Source: Desulfotalea psychrophila LSv54
GTDB lineage: Bacteria; Desulfobacterota; Desulfobulbia; Desulfobulbales; Desulfocapsaceae
Direction of reading: 5' to 3'
Assembly: GCF_000025945.1 (NCBI RefSeq)
Contig: NC_006138.1
Span: forward strand, 1,200,001-1,232,000
Length of the DNA: 32,000 nt
The notes under the pieces were generated by a model. That model had not been told where the DNA came from. It saw only the letters and a list, made by a program, of their open reading frames with translations, and made no database searches. The position numbers and the translations under genes are program-made. This document shows, one piece after another, positions 10,517-17,733 of this stretch (position 1 is its first letter; each line of letters begins with the position of its first letter).

Positions 10517-11161
10517 ATGACACTGAAGAAATCAAATATGGTATGCAATGTAACTTCATTAATACCAAATAATGAAATATTTGGCGTGAGTGGGAGTCCT
10601 AGAAAAAATGGGAATTCAGATATATTACTGAAAAGCATAATTTCAGGAGTAGATTCTGAAAATATAGTATCAACTTGCTGTAATTTAACAGATATTCAAT
10701 TTCAGGGATGTATAGGATGTGAAAAGTGTAGAAAAGATAAAATATGTACAGGGTTGCTTGATGGTATGTCACTTATTTATGATTCAATAATTTCATCAAA
10801 AGGGCTTGTAGTTGTCTCGCCTACCCACAACTATAATATCACCTCATGGATGAAGGCGTTTATTGATCGTCTATATTGCTTCTACAACTTCGAAAATGAT
10901 CGTCCAAGAAGTTGGTCTAGTCAATTGGCAGGACAAGGTAGAAAAGCCGTGATAGTAGCAATATGTGAACAAAAAACTAAAGATGATATGGGCTTTACTC
11001 TTGAAGCAATGAGAAAACCTCTCGAAGCACTTGGCTATGAGATAGTTGGCGAACTTTCTATCTTCAGAATATTTGACAAAGGCAAAGTTAAACAAGATCA
11101 AGAAGCTATAGAAAAAGGACGTGAACTCGGTATAAGGTTAGCGAAATCAATCAGAGAATGA
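10517..11161 (+). CDS. Flavodoxin-like/NADPH-dependent FMN reductase family, iron-sulfur flavoprotein type
   Basis: GVSGSPRKNGNSDILLKSI nucleotide-binding start; CIGCEKCRKDKICTG cysteine cluster; VVSPTHNYNITSWMKAFIDR. Confidence 0.85.
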   Translation: MTLKKSNMVCNVTSLIPNNEIFGVSGSPRKNGNSDILLKSIISGVDSENIVSTCCNLTDIQFQGCIGCEKCRKDKICTGLLDGMSLIYDSIISSKGLVVVSPTHNYNITSWMKAFIDRLYCFYNFENDRPRSWSSQLAGQGRKAVIVAICEQKTKDDMGFTLEAMRKPLEALGYEIVGELSIFRIFDKGKVKQDQEAIEKGRELGIRLAKSIRE

Positions 11162-11187
11162 GTTGTATATTCCAGTAGTAAAATTTA

Positions 11188-11214
11188 GCTGGATTAGTGC
11201 CACAAGCTGCTTGA
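11188..11214 (+). repeat. Possible eroded left tip of another repeat copy
   Basis: GCTGGATTAGTGCCACAAGCTGCTTGA resembles the copy F left tip GCTGGATTAGTACAATAAGTGCAACAAACTGCTTAG with an internal deletion. Confidence 0.3.
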
Positions 11215-11379
11215 ACTCAGCCTTGGTCGTCAGAAACCATTTAATCTTGTCATTCTGACATATAAAGATATCTCCTATGTACCCGAAAAGACGAGTTTAA
11301 GATAATTTGACTTTGGAAACGCCAGGAAAGCCAACGGGAGATATTCTCTCCCTGTTGAGTGAAGCGTGAGGTTTGGCAC

Positions 11380-11775
11380 ATGATAATACTAAGTATACAA
11401 GAGTATGATGGCTTATCAGAATTTGAACTGTTTTTGAATAAAGTTTCTGGCAAACTCGCAGCTTCTATATGTAAAAAATTTCATGCCTATACTGAACTTA
11501 ATGACATTTATAGTTGCAATAGTTTGAAAATTCTGAAACCTAAGATATGGGGTTATAAAGGTACTATTTATAAGCTTCGGGTAGATTGTGGTAAAGAATC
11601 AGCACGAGTGCTGTTTGTAAAAATGGCAAATGACAACATTGTACTATTGCATGGGTTTGTGAAAAAAACTAGAAAAACACCGAGTAAGGATGCAAAAATT
11701 GCGATGGCTAATCTCGAGCGACTAAAAAATAATGTAGAAGTAACTGAATTACCATTAACAAAGTATTCGTTCTAA
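11380..11775 (+). CDS. RelE/HigB-family toxin-like protein (phage Gp49-like), no adjacent antitoxin seen
   Basis: MIILSIQEYDGLSEFELFLNKVSGKLAASICKKFHAY...IWGYKGTIYKLRVDCGKESARVLFVKMANDNIVLLHGFVKKTRKTPSKDAKIAMANLE matches the HigB/Gp49 pattern. ORF track opens at 11359; ATG 11380 fits the family better. Confidence 0.75.
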   Translation: MIILSIQEYDGLSEFELFLNKVSGKLAASICKKFHAYTELNDIYSCNSLKILKPKIWGYKGTIYKLRVDCGKESARVLFVKMANDNIVLLHGFVKKTRKTPSKDAKIAMANLERLKNNVEVTELPLTKYSF

Positions 11776-11789
11776 TCGTTCGGATTCTG

Positions 11790-11882
11790 GCAAGCTCAAT
11801 GATTTTGGCTGATTATGGATTACTTGAAATTTTTTTGTGTTGGGGGCATAATGCTTTTTGTGATAAAAGGCATGGAATGCAT
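11790..11882 (+). repeat. Interspersed repeat copy E (short internal fragment)
   Basis: GATTTTGGCTGATTATGGATTACTTGAAATTTTTTTGTGTTGGGGGCATAATGCTTTTTGTGATAAAAGGCATGG is colinear with copies C and G. Confidence 0.7.
11824..11852 (+). promoter_or_regulatory. Sigma70-like promoter inside repeat E
   Basis: TTGAAA (11824..11829), 17-nt spacer, CATAAT (11847..11852). Confidence 0.35.
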
Positions 11883-12086
11883 TCGTATTATTAGAATTTC
11901 GGATGCCAGGTAATCGTCTATAGTCCTGGCAACCAGAGAGGTTTTGCCTCGGTTGTTTTTTATTTATTTGTTAATATGTACTTTCCTTCAAGTATTCATT
12001 ATATCAGAGAATTCTCTGTTTTTTGGCCAGTGAAGGGTAAAGAAGAGATAAGAGCACAATCAACCGCAATAACTCAGGAGAAAACT

Positions 12087-12859
12087 GTGCAAGAAAAAGA
12101 ATATGATAATCTCAGAACATGGTTTCTTAAATATACAGATAGTTTTTTAGATTATCCTGAAGCTGATATTGAAAATATTCTTCTTAAAAAAGAGCATACA
12201 TTAAGAGTTTGCCAGGAAATGGAGCTCATTTCAAAAGAGCTTTCTCCTGAAGATAAAATTCTTGCTCTGACTGTGGCTCTCTTACATGATGTAGGCCGGT
12301 TTGATCAGCTTAGAATTTACAGAACTTTTTCTGATTTTAAGTCGGAAGATCATGCTTCATTAGGTGTGAAAATCTTAAAGGAACTGGATTTATTAAAAGA
12401 CCTTGATCCTGTGGACGTTGAATTAATTTTCTTTGCTGTAGAAAATCATAACAAGCCTGAAATTGTTCCTGACTGTTCTTTTCAAACTGAAACAATTACT
12501 AAACTTTTGAGAGATGCAGATAAACTCGATATTTGGCATGTTGTAATCGATTATTACAAGGTCGGTGGAGAATATGATAATCCATCGCTTGTTCACAATC
12601 TTCCTTTCGGTGATGATGTCTGTGCCTCTGTATTTCAGGCTATAGAGAAAAGGGATATCATCTCCTATGATTTATTGGAGACTGTAGTAGATATAAAGAT
12701 TTTTAAATGGGCTGGATTTATCATCTTAACACCAGGAAAGCTCTTGAGCTGGCCTCAGAAAGATCTTATCTTGAAAGTATATTTAATACCTTGCCGCAAA
12801 CTGAACGTATTACCAAAATTTATAATAATATGCAGGCGTATCTTGTGGAGAAATATTAA
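12087..12859 (+). pseudogene. HD-domain hydrolase, interrupted by an apparent 1-nt frameshift near 12705-12708
   Basis: HTLRVCQEMELISKEL...LLHDVGRFDQL...EDHASLGVKIL is an HD motif. The zero frame degenerates after FK at 12707. The -1 frame gives MGWIYHLNTRKALELASERSYLESIFNTLPQTERITKIYNNMQAYLVEKY* (12707..12859), the expected C-terminus. GTG 12087 follows AGGAG. Confidence 0.75.
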
Positions 12860-12874
12860 GTATAAGCAAAGGCG

Positions 12875-13095
12875 CTGGATTAGTACAATAAGTGCAACAA
12901 ACTGCTTAGGGGGTAAAAGAATTCTACCCAAGTACTTTGCACCTTGGCAAGACTCTTTTTGTGCCCTTACTCTATAGCCTCACTAAGGGCACTTCATCCG
13001 TAGATCATCGTCTTGTCTCCAAGATGAGAGAACGTATCCTGTTGGTATAATGCCATAAAAGCTTCTGGCTCTCGTAGAGACTGGAGCCATTGTTA
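12875..13095 (+). repeat. Interspersed repeat copy F (left third)
   Basis: Left tip CTGGATTAGTACAATAAGTGCAACAA (12875..12900), then TAAAAGAATTCTACCCAAG...CACCTTGGCAAGACTCTTTTT..ATAGCCTCACTAAGGGCACTTCATCCGTAGATCATCG; shares GTATCCTGTTGGTATAATGxCATAAAAGCTTCTGG with copy C. Confidence 0.8.
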
Positions 13096-13363
13096 GCAAC
13101 GATTGGCAAGTCTGTCGGAGATCGTGAATTCGTAGATGCTCAAGGCCTGCCAGGGAACGAACATTGCGGAAGAACTTTCACCATATTCTTGCTAGATCAT
13201 GAAGGTTTCTTTGAGCAGGAAGCCGATGAGCGAGAGTTGGTTTATTGCAAAAACTCCTTTAACGAAGACGCCACAATATCGGTGGAGGATCAACTGTCGC
13301 CGGACTAACCCAGACACACACTGCTGCAACAACCAGAACTGTGAAGTATGCCTCACAACTGGC

Positions 13364-13609
13364 TTAAACTATCGATGTATTTGTTTCCTCTAAGCACTTA
13401 TCACAGATGACTCGCTCAGGATTGATTTTTAGAATACTAAATGGAATTTCCTGTTTGCAGATAAAGCATTCTCCAAAGTTCTCGGCATTAATTCGAGCTA
13501 AAGCCGTAGTTAGTCGCTGTACTTGCAGATCATTTACAGGCGATTTCATCTGTTCCAAGAGACTTGTCTTGATCACAGTAAGTTGTTGTTTATTCATTTG
13601 ATCAACCAT
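13364..13609 (-). CDS. DksA/TraR-type C4 zinc finger protein
   Basis: 81 aa ending ALARINAENFGECFICKQEIPFSILKINPERVICDKCLEE. Confidence 0.8.
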   Translation of the reverse strand: MVDQMNKQQLTVIKTSLLEQMKSPVNDLQVQRLTTALARINAENFGECFICKQEIPFSILKINPERVICDKCLEETNTSIV

Positions 13610-13890
13610 TCTATTAAAATTTAAAACATCTTTAATTGCGTATCATGTTGCAGTCTTCGAGCCATGTCACAGACTGACGTGACTTCTTCAAAATCATTCG
13701 AAGAATGTCGTGTTGTCTGCCAAGCGCTGGAGTCTAACATATCATTCTGTATCACTACAGAAAGCGTTAAGAAAGTCGGTAATAAGGGCAGGAGTTGCTA
13801 GGCTATAGTGGTATATGTATTACGTATAATATATATATACGGTCAAAAGCGTTACCGCAAAAGAGATAAGGCGTCCCCAGGATTTTGTTA

Positions 13891-13917
13891 CAGTCAAACA
13901 ATAAGTGCAACAAACTG
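13891..13917 (+). repeat. Isolated left-tip-like sequence of the repeat family
   Basis: CAGTCAAACAATAAGTGCAACAAACTG, 67 bp before the intact left tip of copy G. Confidence 0.45.
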
Positions 13918-14003
13918 TGTTGGTGTTGATAGGGGGGGGGGATTGTTTGGGTGATCGCTGGAGTAGTACAGTAAGTGCAACAGGCTACTTAGAGATGATG
14001 TAA

Positions 14004-14051
14004 AAAGAATCCTGCCCAAGCATCTCTGCACCTAGGCAAGATTCTTTTTTT
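14004..14051 (+). terminator. Terminator-like hairpin in the left end of repeat G
   Basis: AAAGAATCCTGCC...GGCAAGATTCTTT followed by a T run; related arms in copy B (4137-4180) and more weakly in copy F (12915-12960). Confidence 0.5.
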
Positions 14052-14430
14052 GTTCCCCTACGCCATAGCCTCCACCATGGGGCACACCATCCGTAGCATC
14101 AAGCATCGCCTTCTCTTCAAGGTAAGTGGGGTCGAACCGCTGACTCCCCCCCTTGGAATTGTTAGATAAAATTGCTTTAAGCCGTTGCCGTAGCTTGCAA
14201 AAGTGCACCTTTCCCAAGATGAACCTGTTTGTCCCGTAATATCTCCTTCCTGCCATATGCTCCATTCCTGTAGGCTCCTTTCAGCCAGAAAATGGTGTTT
14301 TAGAGATCTCTTGCCAGTTTCCTTTATCACCTGGGTAGACTTTTGGGCTAGGGGTGCTTGACCGGTGGAGTTTTTTGGTCTCTTGTTCTGATGCTTTGGA
14401 GTGTGATTTTGGCTCATTATTGGTTTTCTC

Positions 14431-14459
14431 TTGAAGTCATTTTATGTTAGGGGCATAGT
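14431..14459 (+). promoter_or_regulatory. Sigma70-like promoter inside repeat G, directed toward the 14683 gene
   Basis: TTGAAG (14431..14436), 17-nt spacer, CATAGT (14454..14459). Confidence 0.3.
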
Positions 14460-14682
14460 GCTTCTTGTAACAAAGGACATGGGCGAAGGGCGTACCGTCT
14501 TGCGAGAAGCTGTGGTGGAGGTTTCCGTGACCTACTCACTACACGCAGCATCATGTTTAAACCGCTGTTGCACTTATTGTACTAACTCAGCAGTAATTGA
14601 GCTAGGTTACAGTAGTAGTCTAAAAAACAGTAACTTGAATAGATGCTCCAGTGCTTTTTATTGACTCTAAGGAGGCTCAAAA

Positions 14683-15651
14683 ATGATACAAGAAGTCCCT
14701 GAATGGCTCCCTGATTGGAGAAACAAAGAAGAGTACCCAAACCCAAAAAAAACGCCCCCCCAGCAGTGGGCATGGGAATTTTTGCGAAGGAACGTCGATT
14801 ATAGAAAAGAGTACAAAGAACTAATACAGATATCTCCTGAGGTTTTTGGGCAAAAAAAGCATCTTGAGTCCCTCACTGCTGACAAACAAAATAGCTTGCG
14901 AGAGAGCAGGGCAAACTTCACAAAAAAATATTATGGTAAAGAATTACACTATGTAATCGACCCCAAAGAAAAAATTCCTTGGGATAAGGATTTCTTTTTT
15001 CTCGATATAAACAGAAGAAGGGAAGGGCGTTATGTCTTGCGTGGAGGATGTTTGACTCCGCAAAGACAAGAAGCCAAAGATACTAATGAATTTTGGAACC
15101 AAGACATGAATGATCCTTCCATGCTCTGGGAGCTATGTGAGGGAGCAAGCCATTCCTTTAGTAACATGTTATATTTCCTTGAGGAAAACACTGCAAGTAG
15201 CCAGTATTACTACTTGTCTAGAAAAGTTATAAAGAGTGACATAGCGTACATAGGCGAGCATTCGACTAAAATATCAACACAGCCCCATGAAGCAATTTTC
15301 ACCATTAACCTCGACGGTGAGATCAACCGACAGCTAGAGAAAATTAAAAAAATTGCAAACAAACTCCAACAAAACCTCCCTAAGCCCTCTAGCATAACGA
15401 GAGCGAATCTTGTCTCCGGATTCATAGACTATTTAAGAACTTATGATGCTATATTATCCATGGGTGGCCCTCAGGGCGTGGTGAAATCTGAAGTGGCAAG
15501 AGAACTCTATGGGGAGTTTCGTTACGAAGATCCAAATTACAAAACCAACCTTGAAAGAGTCACGGACAACTTCGATTCTGCTAAGAAACTTATCGAAGGT
15601 AAGTACTTGAGGATAGCCCAAAAGCTCTCGTCAAAACGCCTGCCTTCATGA
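14683..15651 (+). CDS. DUF6499-like (N-terminal) protein with DUF2285-like C-terminal region, mobile-element-type regulator or unknown
   Basis: WLPDWRNKEEYPNPKKTPPQQWAWEFLRRNVDYRKEY resembles the DUF6499 motif; C-terminal LVSGFIDYLRTYDAILSMGGPQGVVKSEVARELYGE...SAKKLIEGKYLRI resembles DUF2285. RBS AAGGAGG upstream. Confidence 0.6.
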   Translation: MIQEVPEWLPDWRNKEEYPNPKKTPPQQWAWEFLRRNVDYRKEYKELIQISPEVFGQKKHLESLTADKQNSLRESRANFTKKYYGKELHYVIDPKEKIPWDKDFFFLDINRRREGRYVLRGGCLTPQRQEAKDTNEFWNQDMNDPSMLWELCEGASHSFSNMLYFLEENTASSQYYYLSRKVIKSDIAYIGEHSTKISTQPHEAIFTINLDGEINRQLEKIKKIANKLQQNLPKPSSITRANLVSGFIDYLRTYDAILSMGGPQGVVKSEVARELYGEFRYEDPNYKTNLERVTDNFDSAKKLIEGKYLRIAQKLSSKRLPS

Positions 15652-15790
15652 TAAAATGGTCGGAACTTTTCGAAATCGTTTTTTTCCTACTTAAAACAGA
15701 AGTCCAAACAGCATAAAACTTCTTATCAACAGATAATAGCTCTCTTCTATGAAAGCTCAAGCCAACAATTGGCAATGATAAGGAGAACCC

Positions 15791-15919
15791 ATGCCACACA
15801 AAAAACAATTTACCCTAAAACACATCAGTGCCAACGTCACCTTGTTATGCAAGTGTATCAAGAACCTTTGCCTATGCGTTATGATGGTTGCTGACCTGGT
15901 TAAAAAGATAAATTTGTAA
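15791..15919 (+). CDS. Possible 42-aa small ORF, or remnant
   Basis: AAGGAGAACCC-ATG; MPHKKQFTLKHISANVTLLCKCIKNLCLCVMMVADLVKKINL*. Supported only by a good RBS. Confidence 0.2.
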   Translation: MPHKKQFTLKHISANVTLLCKCIKNLCLCVMMVADLVKKINL

Positions 15920-16243
15920 GTAAAATTGAATTGATGGGTGGTGTGGCAATCGGTAAAATTCATTCTAAAGTTCACGATATCTGCTTAGCTGAAGCTCTGG
16001 GAATCGCCTGTGTTCAATGTTTATGTGTTGCTTGGCGTGATTGACTCAGGGAACAACTGAAGGCTGATAGGGAAGCGGAGCTTCGGGCAGGACTGGGAAA
16101 GTAAAACTGATAGTAAAGACAGAGCGTTGAAAGATGTGCCAGTTTACTAGTTTTGTTGTGCTTAGAGCAGGAACACCTGCTACAGTATTTTGCTATGAGA
16201 TTTCCAGACACATTTGGTTAGGTTAAAAATATGAGAAAAAACT

Positions 16244-16885
16244 ATGGTCGGCCCTGTTAATAACGAAGAAAGACAGCATGCAGTTGATGACTTGAAAGGT
16301 GTTGAATACTACTCTGCTCTGGTTAACGCATGGATTGCAACAAACCAAGAAGCTTCAAAAACACTTGTTACCCTTTCCGTTGTCGCTATAGGTTTTCTCC
16401 CTACGTTGCTCGCAAAAGCTGAGGAGATATCCTCAGGTGTATTAGTGCTTTACGGAACTGCTATGTTTGCTTTTTCAATATGCTGTATCACTGTCATAGC
16501 GGTTTATAGAAGAAACGCAGTTTACTTAGCAAAAGTTGTAAAAGGCGATGTTGGCAGTGACTCACATTTGGAGATTCTTGACAAAACAACCTATTTTTCT
16601 TTTTCAGTAGGAGTTGTTCTGACCTTTTGCCTAAGTATTGTTATAGGATACCAAAAACTACAACCAATAAATCTGGAGGACGTAATGAGTAAGGACAGCA
16701 GTATACAGCACGGTCAGGTTTCTTTTGGAGACAAAAGCCTGAATGGTATCAGTAGTATGGCTCCAACTCCCCAAGCTCCACAATCTAGTTCCCCCACCGC
16801 CTCATCAAGTACAGGCAGTAGCCAGTCCACTGGTGGTTCTGCCTCGGGATCAGGTAGCACAAGTAGCAGCGCAGGAAAAAAGTAG
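16244..16885 (+). CDS. Membrane protein of unknown function, about 4 TM segments and a Ser/Gly-rich C-terminal tail
   Basis: 213 aa; hydrophobic segments TLSVVAIGFLPTLLA, VLYGTAMFAFSICCITVIAVY and YFSFSVGVVLTFCLSIVIGY; tail SSSPTASSSTGSSQSTGGSASGSGSTSSSAGKK. Confidence 0.65.
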   Translation: MVGPVNNEERQHAVDDLKGVEYYSALVNAWIATNQEASKTLVTLSVVAIGFLPTLLAKAEEISSGVLVLYGTAMFAFSICCITVIAVYRRNAVYLAKVVKGDVGSDSHLEILDKTTYFSFSVGVVLTFCLSIVIGYQKLQPINLEDVMSKDSSIQHGQVSFGDKSLNGISSMAPTPQAPQSSSPTASSSTGSSQSTGGSASGSGSTSSSAGKK

Positions 16886-17110
16886 TGGGGTCGCAATGCT
16901 TACAGCGACAGCTTCAGATAAGCACCCTTAATCTCTTCAGGCTGGCCGTAAAGACAGCCTAAGGTATGTAGGTGTGAGCTATACTCTCCGGTGATACCCG
17001 AAAGTCTTCCTCAGAGTATGGCTCCTATAATACCCCTTCAAGCTCAGCATCTTACACCAGCTCTTCACCAATCCATACACTATCTGTGTAACCAGTGGAT
17101 TGCATTAAGC
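16886..17110 (-). pseudogene. Decayed coding remnant(s), identity unresolved
   Basis: Reverse strand fragments: GRLSGITGEYSSHLHTLGCLYGQPEEIKGAYLKLSL* in one frame, EPYSEEDFRVSPESIAHTYIP* in another. Confidence 0.3.
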
Positions 17111-17168
17111 TTGTGTGATGTCAACAAGGTACAGGTTTGTCTAACTTTTGGATAGGTTCCGACTCGTG

Positions 17169-17457
17169 TTAACCTTGATCATTCGCCGCCTTATAGAAAA
17201 CTAAACCTATTTGAACGATTGTTATTCCAACAACGATAGCCGAATAGAGAGTCAAGTTTCCATCATTGAAGAAATACTCTACCGCTGGATATGCTAGTAA
17301 TGCGAATATTGGATGTGCGCTAGCGCCTGCCAGTAATCACCAGTGCTCCTGCAATTGCCCAGATTATACTAGCGCTAAATGAATAAATTCCTAGTCCAAC
17401 GGTGGCAGTAAGAACAAGATTGGTGATAATGAAGAATGCTCCCATTAATGGTTCCAT
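17169..17457 (-). pseudogene. Small membrane protein gene with a 1-nt frameshift, absent from the ORF track
   Basis: Reverse strand TAAGGAGGATTC-ATG; MEPLMGAFFIITNLVLTATVGLGIYSFSASIIWAIAGALVITG then, after +1 shift, GASAHPIFALLAYPAVEYFFNDGNLTLYSAIVVGITIVQIGLVFYKAANDQG*. 289 nt = 96 codons + 1. Confidence 0.65.
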
Positions 17458-17690
17458 GAATCCTCCTTAGAGCCTAACCAGTTGTTGTTCGGTTTCCTAG
17501 TGTCATTCTGAGTAAGGACAATTGGATACCAAGAAAATTTTATTATCTCTTTTATGACTGTGTTTTTCAAGCTCACAGAGTGTCAAGAAGGTGTAATGTG
17601 AGGTGTGTGTCTAAAATTAAAGCTTAGAGAGGGTGGGTAGTTGGAAAGGCGAGGTTCTGTAGGAAATGTCAAATATGACATGAAACAAAA

Positions 17691-17726
17691 AAAGGGTCTT
17701 AGAGAAAAAATTCTCTAAGACCCTTT
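17691..17726 (-). terminator. Rho-independent terminator downstream of tRNA-Ala
   Basis: AAAGGGTCTTAGAGAA-AAAA-TTCTCTAAGACCCTTT, a perfect 16-bp stem; T tract follows on the minus strand. Confidence 0.9.
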
Positions 17727-17733
17727 GCAATGG

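Larger units (their letters stand above)
13958..14590 (+). repeat. Interspersed repeat copy G, the most complete copy (633 bp, inverted terminal repeats)
   Basis: Left CTGGAGTAGTACAGTAAGTGCAACAG (13958..13983); right CTGTTGCACTTATTGTACTAACTCAG (14565..14590), whose reverse complement is CTGAGTTAGTACAATAAGTGCAACAG. 22 of 26 positions match by eye. No transposase-like ORF inside. Confidence 0.85.

Noticed and set aside
12701-12712. Programmed -1 ribosomal frameshift in the HD gene
   Set aside because: The zero-frame codons ATT TTT AAA TGG do not form a canonical slippery heptamer allowing re-pairing in the -1 frame; a simple indel is more likely.
690-14590. Integron cassette array (attC sites)
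   Set aside because: Same-orientation gene-plus-repeat layout prompted this, but the repeats are up to about 630 bp, lack recognisable attC core sites (GTTRRRY/RYYYAAC), and no integron integrase is visible.
690-14590. Repeat-encoded transposase or reverse transcriptase (IS, retron, group II intron)
   Set aside because: No catalytic-motif-bearing ORF occurs in any copy; the copies are too short and stop-rich.
14058-14773. ORFs 14431..14664 (+), 14058..14417 (-) and 14582..14773 (-) as genes
   Set aside because: They are repeat copy G sequence read in different frames; 14582..14773 is antisense to the 14683 gene start.
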